Origin: Eledone cirrhosa
Taxonomy: Eukaryota
DNA length: 64,000 bases
Assembly: GCA_964016885.1 (NCBI GenBank)
Contig: OZ024743.1
Location: 210,676,001-210,740,000 of the forward strand
Direction: 5' to 3'
The translations under genes were made by a program, and so were the position numbers. The notes below the pieces were generated by a model. The model did not search any database and was not told the DNA's origin. It saw only the letters and a program-made list of their open reading frames with translations. Below, piece after piece: positions 14,460 to 29,800 of the stretch (its first letter is position 1; each line of letters opens with the position of its first letter).

Positions 14460-17300
14460 GAAAGCTCTTCACTCCATAATATATACCACAGTTTACCATC
14501 CGATAGCGAGATGAAAGCTCTTCACTCCATAAGATATACCACGGTTTACCATCCTATAGCCACACATGAAAGCTCTTCACTCCATAAGATATACCACAGT
14601 TTACCAACCTATAGCCACAGATGAAAGCTCTTCACTCCATAAGTTATACCACAGTTTTCCATCCTATAGCCAGATGAAAGCTCTTCACTCCATAAGATAT
14701 ACCAGTTTACCATCATATAGCCACAGATGAAAGCTCTTCACTCCATAAGATATACCACAGTTTACCATCCTATAGCCAGATGAAAGCTCTTCATTCCATA
14801 AGATATAACACATTCTACCATCCTATAGCCACACATGAAACTCTTCACTCCATAAGATATACCACAGTTTACCATCCTATAGCCACAGATTAAAGCTCTT
14901 CACTCCATAAGATATACCACAGTTTACCATCCTATGGCCACAGATGAAAGCTCTTCACTCCATAATATATACCACAGTTTACCATCCGATAGCGAGATGA
15001 AAGCTCTTCACTCCATAAGATATACCACGGTTTACCATCCTATAGCCACACATGAAAGCTCTTCACTCCATAAGATATACCACAGTTTACCATCCTATAG
15101 CCACAGATGAAAGCTCTTCACTCCATAAGATATACCACAGTTTACCATCCTATGGCCACACATGAAAGCTCTTCACTCCATAAGATATACCACAGTTTAC
15201 CATCCTATAGCCACACATGAAACTCTTCACTCCATAGGATATACCACAGTTTACCATCCTATAGCCACACATGAAAGCTCTTCACTCCATAAGATATACC
15301 AGAGATTACCATCCTGTAGCCAGATGAAAGCTCTTCACTCCATAAGATATACAACAGTTTACCAACCTATAGCCACAGATGAAAGCTCTTCACTCCATAA
15401 GATATACCACAGTTTACCATCCTATAGCCAGATGAAAGCTCTTCACTCCATAAGATATACCACAGTTTACCATCCTATAGCCACACATTAAAGCTCTTCA
15501 CTCCATAAGATATACCACAGTTTACCAACCTATAGCCACAGATGAAAGCTCTTCACTCCATAAGTTATACCACAGTTTACCATCCTATAGCTAGATGAAA
15601 GCTCTTCACTCCATAAGATATACCAGTTTACCATCATATAGCCACAGATGAAAGCTCTTCACTCCATAAGATATACCACAGTTTACCATCCTATAGCCAT
15701 ACATGAAAGCTCTTCAGTCCATAAGATCTACCACAGTTTACCATTCTATAGCCAGATGAAAGCTCTTCACTCCATAAGATATACCACATTCTACCATCCT
15801 ATAGCCAGATGAAACCCTTCACTCCAAAAGATATACCACAGTTTACCATCCTATAGCCACACATGAAAGCTCTTCACTCCATAAGATATACCACAGTTTA
15901 CCATCCTATAGGCAGATGAAAACTCTTCACTCCATAAGATATACCACAGTTTACCACCCTATAGCCAGATGAAAGCTCTTCACTCCATAAGATATACCAG
16001 TTTACCATCCTATAGCCACAGATGAAAGCTCTTCGCTCCATAAGATATACCACAGTTTACCACCCTATAGCCAGATGAAAGCTCTTCACTCCATAAGATA
16101 TACCAGACTTTACCATCCTATAGCCACACATGAAAGCTCTTCACTCCATAAGATATACCACAGTCTACCATCATATAGCCACAGATGAATGCACATCACT
16201 CCACAAGATATACCACAGTTTACCATCCTATAGCCACAGATGAAAGCTCTTCACCCCATAAGATATACCACAGTTTACCATCCTATAGCAACAGATGAAA
16301 GCTCTTCACTCCATAAGATATACCACAGTTTACCATCCTATAGCCACAGATGAAAGCTCTTCGCTCCATAAGATATACCACAGTTTACCATCCTATAGCC
16401 ACACATGAAAGCTCTTCACTCCATAAGATATACCACAGTTTAACATCCTAGAGCCACACATGAAAGCTCTTCACTCCATAATATATACCACAGTTTACCA
16501 TCCGATAGCGAGATGAAAGCTCTTCACTCCATAAGATATACCACGGTTTACCATCCTATAGCCACACATGAAAGCTCTTCACTCCATAAGATATACCACA
16601 GTTTACCAACCTATAGCCACAGATGAAAGCTCTTCACTCCATAAGTTATACCACAGTTTTCCATCCTATAGCCAGATGAAAGCTCTTCACTCCATAAGAT
16701 ATACCAGTTTACCATCATATAGCCACAGATGAAAGCTCTTCACTCCATAAGATATACCACAGTTTACCATCCTATAGCCAGATGAAAGCTCTTCATTCCA
16801 TAAGATATAACACATTCTACCATCCTATAGCCACACATGAAACTCTTCACTCCATAAGATATACCACAGTTTACCATCCTATAGCCACAGATTAAAGCTC
16901 TTCACTCCATAAGATATACCACAGTTTACCATCCTATGGCCACAGATGAAAGCTTTTCACTCCATAATATATACCACAGTTTACCATCCGATAGCGAGAT
17001 GAAAGCTCTTCACTCCATAAGATATACCACAGTTTACCATCCTATATCCAGATGAAAGCTCTTCACTCCATAAGATATACCACAGTTTACCATCCTATAG
17101 CCACACATGAAAGCTCTTCACTCCATAAGATATACCACAGTTTACCATCCTATAGCCACAGATGAAAGCTCTTCACTCCATAAGATATACCACAGTTTAC
17201 CATCCTATGGCCACACATGAAAGCTCTTCACTCCATAAGATATACCACAGTTTACCATCCTATAGCCACACATGAAACTCTTCACTCCATAGGATATACC
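14460..17300 (+). repeat. Block recurrence at 2002-bp offset (14460-15250 vs 16470-17300), flanking a third partial copy of the 9.4-14.4 kb unit
   Basis: TTTTCC 14655/16657, TCATTCC..ATAACAC 14791/16793, CAGATTAAAG ~14887/16889. The intervening 15270-16450 carries AGAGATTACC, CTAGATG, GATCTAC, CCAAAAG and GACTT, which are markers of the 2537-bp unit. Confidence 0.8.
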
Positions 17301-20300
17301 ACAGTTTACCATCCTATAGCCACACATGAATGCTCTTCACTCCATAGGATATACCACAGTTTACCATCCTATAGCCATACATGAAAGCTCTTCAGTCCAT
17401 AAGATATACCACAGTTTACCATACTATAGCCACAGATGAAAGCTCTTCACTCCATAAGATATACTACAGTTTACCATCCTATAGCCAGATGAAAGCTCTT
17501 CACTCCATAAGATATAGCACAGTTTACCATCCTATAGCCACAGATGAAAGCTCTTCACTCCATAATATATACCACAGTTTACCATCCTATAGCAAGATGA
17601 AAGCTCTTCACTCCATAAGATATACCACAGTTTACCATCCTATAGCCACACATGAAAGCTCTTCACTCCATAAGATATACCACAGTTTACCATTCTATAG
17701 CCAGATGAAAGCTCTTCACTCCATAAATATATCACAGTTTACCATCCTATAGCCACAGATGAAAGCTCTTCACTCCATAAGATATACCACAGTTTACCAT
17801 CCCATAGCCACACATGAAAACTCTTCACTCCATAAGATATACCACAGTTTACCATCCTGTAACCAGATGAAAGCTCTTCATTCCATAAGATATACCACAG
17901 TTTACCATCCTATAGCCACACATGAAAGCTCTTCACTCCATAAGATATACCACAGTTTACCACCCTATAGCCAGATGAAAGCTCTTCACTCCATAAGATA
18001 TACCAGTTTACCATCCTATAGCCACAGATGAAAGCTCTTCGCTCCATAAGATATACCACAGTTTACCACCCTATAGCCAGATGAAAGATCTTCACTCCAT
18101 AAGATATACCAGTTTACCATCCTATAGCCACAGATGAAAGCTCTTCACTCCATAGGATATACCACAGTTTACCATCCTATAGCCTCCCATGAAAGCTCTT
18201 CACTCCATAAGATATACAACAGTTTACCATCATATGGCCACACATCAAAGCTCTTCACCCATGAGATATACCACAGTTTACCATCCTGTAGCCAGAGGAA
18301 AGCTCTTCACTCCATAAGATATACAACAGTTTACCATCCTATAGCCACACATGAAAGCTCTTCACTCCTTAACCATAGTTTACCATTCTATAGCCACACA
18401 TGAAAGCTCTTCACTCCATAAGATATACCACAGTTTAATATCCTATAGCCACAGATGAAAGCTCTTTACACCATGAGATATACCACAGTTTACCATCCTA
18501 TAGCCAGATGAAAGCTTTTCACTCCATAAGATATACCACAGTTTACCATCCTATAGTCATGCATGAAAGCTCTTCAGTCCATAAGATATACCACAGTTTG
18601 CCATCCTATAGCCAGATGAAAGCTCTTCACTCCATAAGATATACCACAGTTTACCATCCTATGGCCACACATGAAAGCTCTTCACACCATGAGATATACC
18701 ACAGTTTACCATCCTACAGCCACACATGAAACTCTTCACTCCATAGGATATACCACAGTTTACCATCCTATAGCCACACATGAATGCTCTTCACTCCATA
18801 GGATATACCACAGTTTACCATCCTATAGCCATACATGAAAGCTCTTCAGTCCATAAGATATACCACAGTTTACCATCCTATAGCCACAGATGAAAGCTCT
18901 TCACTCCATAAGATATACTACAGTTTACCATCCTATAGCCAGATGAAAGCCCTTCACTCCATAAGATATAGCACAGTTTACCATCCTATAGCCACAGATG
19001 AAAGCTCTTCACTCCATAAGATATACCACAGTTTACCATCCTATTGCCACACATGAAAGCTCTTCACTCCATAAGATATACCACAGTTTACCATCCTATA
19101 GCCACACATGAAAGTTCTTCATTCCATAAGATATACCACAGTTTACCATCCTATAGCCACAGATTAAAGCTCTTCACTCCATAAGATATACCACAGTTTA
19201 CCATCCTATGGCCACACATGAAAGCTCTTCACTCCATAGGATATACCACAGTTTACCAGCCTATAGCCACACATGAAAGCTCTTCACTCCATAGGATATA
19301 CCACAGTTTACCATCCTATAGCCACACATGAAAGCTCTTCACTCCATAACCATAGTTTACCATTCTATAGCCACACATGAAAGCTCTTCACTCCATAAGA
19401 TATACCACAGTTTACCATCCTATAGCCACAGATGAAAGCTATTTACACCATGAGATATACCACAGTTTACCATCCTATAGCCACAGATGAAAGCTCTTCA
19501 GTCCATAAGATATACCACAGTTTACCATCCTATGGCCACACATGAAAGCTCTTCACCCATAAGATATACCACAGTTTACCATCCTTTCGCAAGATGAAAG
19601 CTCTTCACTCCATAGGATATACCACAGTTTACCATCCTATAGCCACCCATGAAAGCTCTTCACTCCATAAGATATACCACAGTTTACCATCATATGGCCA
19701 CACATCAAAGCTCTTCACCCATGAGATATACCACAGTTTACCATCCTGTAGCCAGATGAAAGCTCTTCACTCCATAAGATATACAACAGTTTACCATCCT
19801 ATAGCCACACATGAAAGCTCTTCACTCCTTAACCATAGTTTACCATTCTATAGCCACACATGAAAGCTCTTCACTCCATAAGATATACCACAGTTTAATA
19901 TCCTATAGCCACAGATGAAAGCTCTTTACACCATGAGATATACCAAAGTTTACCATCCTATAGCCAGATGAAAGCTCTTCACTCCATAAGATATACCACA
20001 GTTTACCATCCTATCTCCACAGATGAAAGCTCTTCAGTCCATAAGATATACCACAGTTTACCATCCTATGGCCACACATGAAAGCTCTTCACCCATAAGA
20101 TATACCACAGTTTACCATCCTTTCGCAAGATGAAAGCTCTTCACTCCATAGGATATACCACAGTTTACCATCCTATAGCCACACATGAAAGCTCATCACT
20201 CCATAAGATATACCACAGTTTACCATCCTATAGCCAGATGAAAACTCTTCACTCCATAAGATATAACAGTTTACCATCCTATAGCCACACATGAAAGTTC

Positions 20301-21299
20301 TTCACTCCATAAGATATACCACAGTTTACCACCCTATAGCCAGATGAAAGCTCTTCACTCCATAAGATATACCAGTTTACCATCCTATAGCCACAGATGA
20401 AAGCTCTTCACTCCATAAGATATACCACAGTTTACCATCCTATAGCCACACATGAAAGCTCTTCACTCCATAAGATATACCACAGTTTACCATCATATAG
20501 CCACAGATGAATGCACATCACTCCATAAGATATACCACAGTTTACCATCCTATAGCCACAGATGAAAGCTCTTCACCCCATAAGATATACCACAGTTTAC
20601 GATCCTATATCCAGATGAAAGCTCTTCACTCCATAAGATATACCACAGTTTACCATCCTATAGCCACACATGAAAGCTCTTCACTCCATAAGATATACAG
20701 CAGTTTACCATCCTATGGCCACAGATGAAAGCTCTTCACTCCATAAGATATACCACAGTTTACCATCCTATAGCCACAGATGAAAGCACTTCACTCCATA
20801 AGATATACCACAGTTTACCATCCTATAGCCACACATGAAAGCTCTTCACTCCATAAGATATACCACAGTTTAACATCCTATAGCCACACGTGAAAGCTCT
20901 TCACTCCATAAGATATACCACAGTTTACCATCCTGTAGCCAGATGAAAGCTCTTTACTCCGTAAGATATACCACAGTTTACCATCCTATAGCCACACATG
21001 AAACTCTTCACTCCATAGGATATACCACAGTTTACCATCCTATAGCCACACATGAAAGCTCTTCACTCCATAGGATATACCACAGTTTACCATCCTATAG
21101 CCACACGGGAAAGCTCTTCACTCCATAAGATATACGACAGTTTACCATCCTATAGCCACAGATGAAAGCTCTTCACCCCATAAGATATACCACAGTTTAC
21201 CATCCTATAGCCAGATGAAAGCTCTTCACTCCATAAATATATCACAGTTTACCATCCTATAGCCACAGATGAAAGCTCTTCACTCCATAAGATATACCA

Positions 21300-24200
21300 C
21301 AGTTTACCATCCTGTAGCCAGATGAAAGCTCTTCATTCCATAAGATATACCACAGTTTACCATCCTATAGCCACACATGAAAGCTCTTCACTCCATAAGA
21401 TATACCACAGTTTACCATCCTATAGGCAGATGAAAACTCTTCACTCCATAAGATATACCACAGTTTACCACCCTATAGCCAGATGAAAGCTCTTCACTCC
21501 ATAAGATATACCAGTTTACCATCCTATAGCCACAGATGAAAGCTCTTCGCTCCATAAGATATACCACACTTTACCACCCTATAGCCAGATGAAAGATCTT
21601 CACTCCATAAGATATACCAGTTTACCATCCTATAGCCACAGATGAAAGCTCTTCACTCCATAAGATATACCACAGTTTACCATCCTATAGCCACAGATGA
21701 AAGCTCTTCACTCCATAAGATATAACAGTTTACCATCCTATACCCACAGATGAAAGCTCTTCACTCCATAAGATATACCACAGTTTACCACCCTATAGCC
21801 AGATGAAAGCTCTTCACTCCATAAGATATACCAAACTTTACCATCCTATAGCCACACATGAAAGCTCTTCACTCCATAAGATATACCACAGTTTACCATC
21901 ATATAGCCACAGATGAATGCACATCACTCCACAAGATATACCACAGTTTACCATCCTATACCCACAGATGAAAGCTCTTCACCCCATAAGATATACCACA
22001 GTTTACCATCCTATAGCCACAGATGAAAGCTCTTCGCTCCATAAGATATACCACAGTTTACCATCCTATAGCCACACATGAAAGCTCTTCACTCCATAAG
22101 ATATACCACAGTTTAACATCCTAGAGCCACACATGAAAGCTCTTCACTCCGTAAGATATACCACAGTTTACCATCCTGTAGCCAGATGAAAGCTCTTCAC
22201 TCTATAAGATATACCACAGTTTACCATCCTATAGCCAGATGAAAGCTCTTCACTCCATAAGATATACCACAGATTACCATCCTGTAGCCAGATGAAAGAT
22301 CTTCACTCCATAAGATATACAACAGTTTACCAACCTATAGCCACAGATGAAAGCTCTTCACTCCATAAGATATACCACAGTTTACCATCCTATAGCCAGA
22401 TGAAAGCTCTTCACTCCATAAGATATACCACAGTTTACCATCCTATAGCCACACATTAAAGCTCTTCACTCCATAAGATATACCACAGTTTACCAACCTA
22501 TAGCCACAGATGAAAGCTCTTCACTCCATAAGTTATAACACAGTTTACCATCCTATAGCCAGATGAAAGCTCTTCACTCCATAAGATATACCAGTTTACC
22601 ATCATATAGCCACAGATGAAAGCTCTTCACTCCATAAGATATACCACAGTTTACCATCCTATAGCCAGATGAAAGCTCTTCACTCCATAAGATATAACAC
22701 ATTCTACCATCCTATAGCCAGATGAAACACTTCACTCCATAAGATATACCACAGTTTACCATCCTATAGCCACAGATGAAAGCTCTTCACTCCATAAGAT
22801 ATACCACAGTTTACCATCCTATGGCCACAGATGAAAGCTCTTCACTCCATAATATATACCACAGTTTACCATCCGATAGCGAGATGAAAGCTCTTCACTC
22901 CATAAGATATACCACGGTTTACCATCCTATAGCCACACATGAAAGCTCTTCACTCCATAAGATATACCACAGTTTACCATCCTATAGCCACAGATGAAAG
23001 CTCTTCACTCCATAAGATATACCACAGTTTACCATCCTATGGCCACACATGAAAGCTCTTCACTCCATAAGATATACCACATTTTACCATCCTATAGCCA
23101 CACATGAATCTCTTCACTCCATAGGATATACCACAGTTTACCATCCTATAGTCACACATGAATGCTCTTCACTCCATAGGATATAACACAGTTTACCATC
23201 CTATAGCCATACATGAAAGCTCTTCAGTCCATAAGATATACCACAGTTTACCATCCTATAGCCACAGATGAAAGCTCTTCACTCCATAAGATATACTACA
23301 GTTTACCATCCTATAGCCAGATGAAAGCTCTTCACTCCATAAGATATAGCACAGTTTACCATCCTATAGCCACAGATGAAAGCTCTTCACTCCATAATAT
23401 ATACCACAGTTTACCATCCTATAGCAAGATGAAAGCTCTTCACTCCATAAGATATACCACAGTTTACCATCCTATAGCCACACATGAAAGCTCTTCAATC
23501 CATAAGATATACCACAGTTTACCATTCTATAGCCAGATGAAAGCTCTTCACTCCATAAATATATCACAGTTTACCATCCTATAGCCACAGATGAAAACTC
23601 TTCACTCCATAAGATATACCACAGTTTACCATCCCATAGCCACACATGAAAACTCTTCACTCCATAAGATATACCACAGTTTACCATCCTGTAGCCAGAT
23701 GAAAGCTCTTCATTCCATAAGATATACCACAGTTTACCATCCTATAGCCACACATGAAAGCTCTTCACTCCATAAGATATACCACAGTTTACCATCCTAT
23801 AGGCAGATGAAAACTTTTCACTCCATAAGATATACCACAGTTTACCACCCTATAGCCAGATGAAAGCTCTTCACTCCATAAGATATACCAGTTTACCATC
23901 CTATAGCCACAGATGAAAGCTCTTCGCTCCATAAGATATACCACAGTTTACCACCCTATAGCCAGATGAAAGATCTTCACTCCATAAGATATACCAGTTT
24001 ACCATCCTATAGCCACAGATGAAAGCTCTTCACTCCATAACATATACCACAGTTTACCATCCTATAGCCACAGATGAAAGCTCTTCACTCCATAAGATAT
24101 ACCAGTTTACCATCCTATAGCCACAGATGAAAGCTCTTCACTCCATAAGATATACCACAGTTTAGCACCCTATAGCCAGATGAAATCTCTTCACTCCATA

Positions 24201-26800
24201 AGATATACCAGAGTTTACCATCCTATAGCCACACATGAAATCTCTTCACTCCATAAGATATACCACAGTTTACCATCATATAGCCACAGATGGATGCACA
24301 TCACTCCATAAGATATACCACAGTTTACCATCCTATAGCCACAGATGAAAGCTCTTCACCCCATAAGATATACCACAGTTTACCATCCTATAGCCACAGA
24401 TGAAAGCTCTTTGCTCCATAAGATATACCACAGTTTACCATCCTATAGCCACACATGAAAGCTCTTCACTCCATAAGATATACCACAGTTTAACATCCTA
24501 TAGCCACACATGAAAGCTCTTCACTCCATAAGATATATTACAGTTTACCATCCTGTAGCCAGATGAAAGCTCTTCACTCTATAAGATATACCACAGTTTA
24601 CCATCCTATAGCCAGATGAAAGCTCTTCACTCAATAAGATATACCACAGATTACCATCCTGTAGCCAGATGAAAGCTCTTCACTCCATAAGATATACCAC
24701 AGTTTACCATCCTATAGCCAGATGAAAGCTCTTCACTCCATAAGATATACCACAGTTTACCATCCTATAGCCACACATTAAAGCTCTTCACTCCATAAGA
24801 TATATCACAGTTTACCAACCTATAGCCACAGATGAAAGCTCTTCACTCCATAAGTTATACCACAGTTTACCATCCTATAGCCAGATGAAAGCTCTTCACT
24901 CCATAAGATATACCAGTTTACCATCATATAGCCACAGATGAAAGCTCTTCACTCCATAAGATATACCACAGTTTATCACCCTATACCCAGATGAAATCTC
25001 TTCACTCCATAAGATATAACACATTCTACCATCCTATAGCCAGATGAAACACTTCACTCCATAAGATATACCACAGTTTACCATCCTATAGCAACAGATG
25101 AAAGCTCTTCACTTCATAAGATATACCACAGTTTACCATCCTATGGCCACAGATGAAAGCTCTTCACTCCATAAGATATACCACAGTTTACCATCCTATA
25201 GCCACACATGAAAGCTCTTCACTCCATAAGATATACCACATTTTACCATCCTATAGCCACAGATGAAAGCTCTTCACTCCATAATATATACCACAGTTTA
25301 CCATCCGATAGCGAGATGAAAGCTCTTCACTCCATAAGATATACCACGGTTTACCATCCTATAGCCACACATGAAAGCTCTTCACTCCATAAGATATACC
25401 ACAGTTTACCATCCTATAGCCACAGATGAAAGCTCTTCACTCCATAAGATATACCACAGTTTACCATCCTATGGCCACACATGAAAGCTCTTCACTCCAT
25501 AAGATATACCACAGTTTACCATCCTATAGCCACACATGAAACTCTTCACTCCATAGGATATACCACAGTTTACCATCCTATAGCCACACATGAATGCTCT
25601 TCACTCCATTGGATATACCACAGTTTACCATCCTATAGCCATACATGAAAGCTCTTCACTCCATAAGATATACTACAGTTTACCATCCTATAGCCAGATG
25701 AAAGCTCTTCACTCCATAAGATATAGCACAGTTTACCAGCCTATAGCCACAGATGAAAGCTCTTCACTCCATAATATATACCACAGTTTACCATCCTATA
25801 GCAAGATGAAAGCTCTTCACTCCATAAGATATACCACAGTTTACCATCCTATAGCCACACATGAAAGCTCTTCACTCCATAAGAAATACCACAGTTTACC
25901 ATCCTATAGCCAGATGAAAGCTCTTCACTCCATAAATATATCACAGTTTACCATCCTATAGCCACAGATGAAAGCTCTTCACTCCATAAGATATACCACA
26001 GTTTACCATCCTATAGCCACACATGAAAACTCTTCACTCCATAAGATATACCACAGTTTACCATCCTGTAGCCAGATGAAAGCTCTTCATTCCATAAGAT
26101 ATACCACAGTTTACCATCCTATAGCCACACATGAAAGCTCTTCACTCCATAAGATATACCACAGTTTACCATCCTATAGGCAGATGAAAACTCTTCACTC
26201 CATAAGATATACCACAGTTTACCACCCTATAGCCAGATGAAAGCTCTTCACTCCATAAGATATACCAGTTTACCATCCTATAGCCACAGATGAAAGCTCT
26301 TCGCTCCATAAGATATACCACAGTTTACCACCCTATAGCCAGATGAAAGATCTTCACTCCATAAGATATACCAGTTTACCATCCTATAGCCACAGATGAA
26401 AGCTCTTCACTCCATAAGATATACCAGTTTACCATCCTATAGCCACAGATGAAAGCTCTTCACTCCATAAGATATACCACAGTTTACCACCATATAGCCA
26501 GATGAAAGCTCTTCACTCCATAAGATATACCAGAGTTTACCATCCTATAGCCACACATGAAAGCTCTTCACTCCATAAGATATACCACAGTTTACCATCA
26601 TATAGCCACAGATGAATGCACATCACTCCATAAGATATACCACAGTTTACCATCCTATAGCCACAGATGAAAGCTCTTCACCCCATAAGATATACCACAG
26701 TTTACCATCCTATAGCCACAGATGAAAGCTCTTCGCTCCATAAGATATACCACAGTTTACCATCCTATAGCCACACATGAAAGCTCTTCACTCCATGAGA
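21300..26800 (+). repeat. Consecutive HOR units of 2377 bp (~44 monomers)
   Basis: TATAGGCAG at ~21422, 23799, 26176. ORF offset 23591>25968 = 2377. The units differ in internal monomer content and in private SNPs. Confidence 0.8.
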
Positions 26801-26879
26801 TATACCACAGTTTAACATCCTATAGCCACACATGAAAGCTCTTCACTCCATAAGATATACCACAGTTTACCATCCTATA

Positions 26880-29800
26880 GCCACACATGAAAGCTCTTCA
26901 CTCCATAAGATATACCACAGTTTACCATCCTATAGGCAGATGAAAACTCTTCACTCCATAAGATATACCACAGTTTACCACCCTATAGCCAGATGAAAGC
27001 TCTTCACTCCATAAGATATACCAGTTTACCATCCTATAGCCACAGATGAAAGCTCTTCGCTCCATAAGATATACCACAGTTTACCACCCTATAGCCAGAT
27101 GAAAGATCTTCACTCCATAAGATATACCAGTTTACCATCCTATAGCCACAGATGAAAGCTCTTCACTCCATAAGATATACCACAGTTTACCATCCTATAG
27201 CCACAGATGAAAGCTCTTCACTCCATAAGATATACCAGTTTACCATCCTATAGCCACAGATGAAAGCTCTTCACTCCATAAGATATACCACAGTTTACCA
27301 CCCTATAGCGAGATGAAAGCTCTTCAATCCATAAGATATACCAGAGTTTACCATCCTATAGCCACACATGAAAGCTCTTCACTCCATAAGATATACCACA
27401 GTTTACCATCATATACCCACAGATGAATGCACATCACTCCTTAAGATATACCACAGTTTACCATCCTATAGCCACAGATGAAAGCTCTTCACCCCATAAG
27501 ATATACCACAGTTTACCATCCTATTGCCACACATGAAAGCTCTTCACTCCATAAGATATACCACAGTTTACCATCCTATAGCCATACATGAAAGCTCTTC
27601 AGTCCATAAGATATACCACAGTTTACCATCTTATAGCCACATATGAAAGCTCTTCACTCCATAAGATATACCACAGTTTACCATCCTATAGCAATGCATG
27701 AAAGCTCTTCAGTCCATAAGATATACCACATTTTACCATCCTATAGCCACAGATGAAAGCTCTTCACTCCATAATATATACCACAGTTTACCATCAGATA
27801 GCGAGATGAAAGCTCTTCACTCCATAAGATATACCACGGTTTACCATCCTATAGCCACACATGAAAGCTCTTCACTCCATAAGATATACCACAGTTTACC
27901 ATCCTATAGCCACAGATGAAAGCTCTTCACTGCATAAGATATACCACAGTTTACCATCCTATGGCCACACATGAAAGCTCTTCACTCCATAAGATATACC
28001 ACAGTTTACCATCCTATAGCCACACATGAAACTCTTCACTCCATAGGATATACCACAGTTTACCATCCTATAGCCACACATGAATGCTCTTCACTCCATA
28101 GGATATACCACAGTTTAACATCCTATAGCCACACATGAAAGCTCTTCACTCCATAAGATATACCACAGTTTACCATCCTATAGGCAGATGAAAACTCTTC
28201 ACTCCATAAGATATACCACAGTTTACCACCCTATAGCCAGATGAAAGCTCTTCACTCCATAAGATATACCAGTTTACCATCCTATAGCCACAGATGAAAG
28301 CTCTTCGCTCCATAAGATATACCACAGTTTACCACCCTATAGCCAGATGAAAGATCTTCACTCCATAAGATATACCAGTTTACCATCCTATAGCCACAGA
28401 TGAAAGCTCTTCACTCCATAAGATATACCACAGTTTACCATCCTATAGCCACAGATGAAAGCTCTTCACTCCATAAGATATACCAGTTTACCATCCTATA
28501 GCCACAGATGAAAGCTCTTCACTCCATAAGATATACCACAGTTTACCACCCTATAGCGAGATGAAAGCTCTTCAATCCATAAGATATACCAGAGTTTACC
28601 ATCCTATAGCCACACATGAAAGCTCTTCACTCCATAAGATATACCACAGTTTACCATCATATACCCACAGATGAATGCACATCACTCCTTAAGATATACC
28701 ACAGTTTACCATCCTATAGCCACAGATGAAAGCTCTTCACCCCATAAGATATACCACAGTTTACCATCCTATTGCCACACATGAAAGCTCTTCACTCCAT
28801 AAGATATACCACAGTTTACCATCCTATAGCCATACATGAAAGCTCTTCAGTCCATAAGATATACCACAGTTTACCATCTTATAGCCACATATGAAAGCTC
28901 TTCACTCCATAAGATATACCACAGTTTACCATCCTATAGCAATGCATGAAAGCTCTTCAGTCCATAAGATATACCACATTTTACCATCCTATAGCCACAG
29001 ATGAAAGCTCTTCACTCCATAATATATACCACAGTTTACCATCAGATAGCGAGATGAAAGCTCTTCATTCCATAAGATATACCACGGTTTACCATCCTAT
29101 AGCCACACATGAAAGCTCTTCACTCCATAAGATATACCACAGTTTACCATCCTATAGCCACAGATGAAAGCTCTTCACTGCATAAGATATACCACAGTTT
29201 ACCATCCTATGGCCACACATGAAAGCTCTTCACTCCATAAGATATACCACAGTTTACCATCCTATAGCCACACATGAAACTCTTCACTCCATAGGATATA
29301 CCACAGTTTACCATCCTATAGCCACACATGAATGCTCTTCACTCCATAGGATATACCACAGTTTAACATCCTATAGCCACACATGAAAGCTCTTCACTCC
29401 ATAAGATATACCACAGTTTACCATCCTATAGGCAGATGAAAACTCTTCACTCCATAAGATATACCACAGTTTACCACCCTATAGCCAGATGAAAGCTCTT
29501 CACTCCATAAGATATACCAGTTTACCATCCTATAGCCACAGATGAAAGATCTTCGCTCCATAAGATATACCACAGTTTACCACCCTATAGCCAGATGAAA
29601 GATCTTCACTCCATAAGATATACCAGTTTACCATCCTATAGCCACAGATGAAAGCTCTTCACTCCATAAGATATACCACAGTTTACCATCCTATAGCCAC
29701 AGATGAAAGCTCTTCACTCCATAATATATACCAGTTTACCATCCTATAGCCACAGATGAAAGCTCTTCACTCCATAAGATATACCACAGTTTACCACCCT

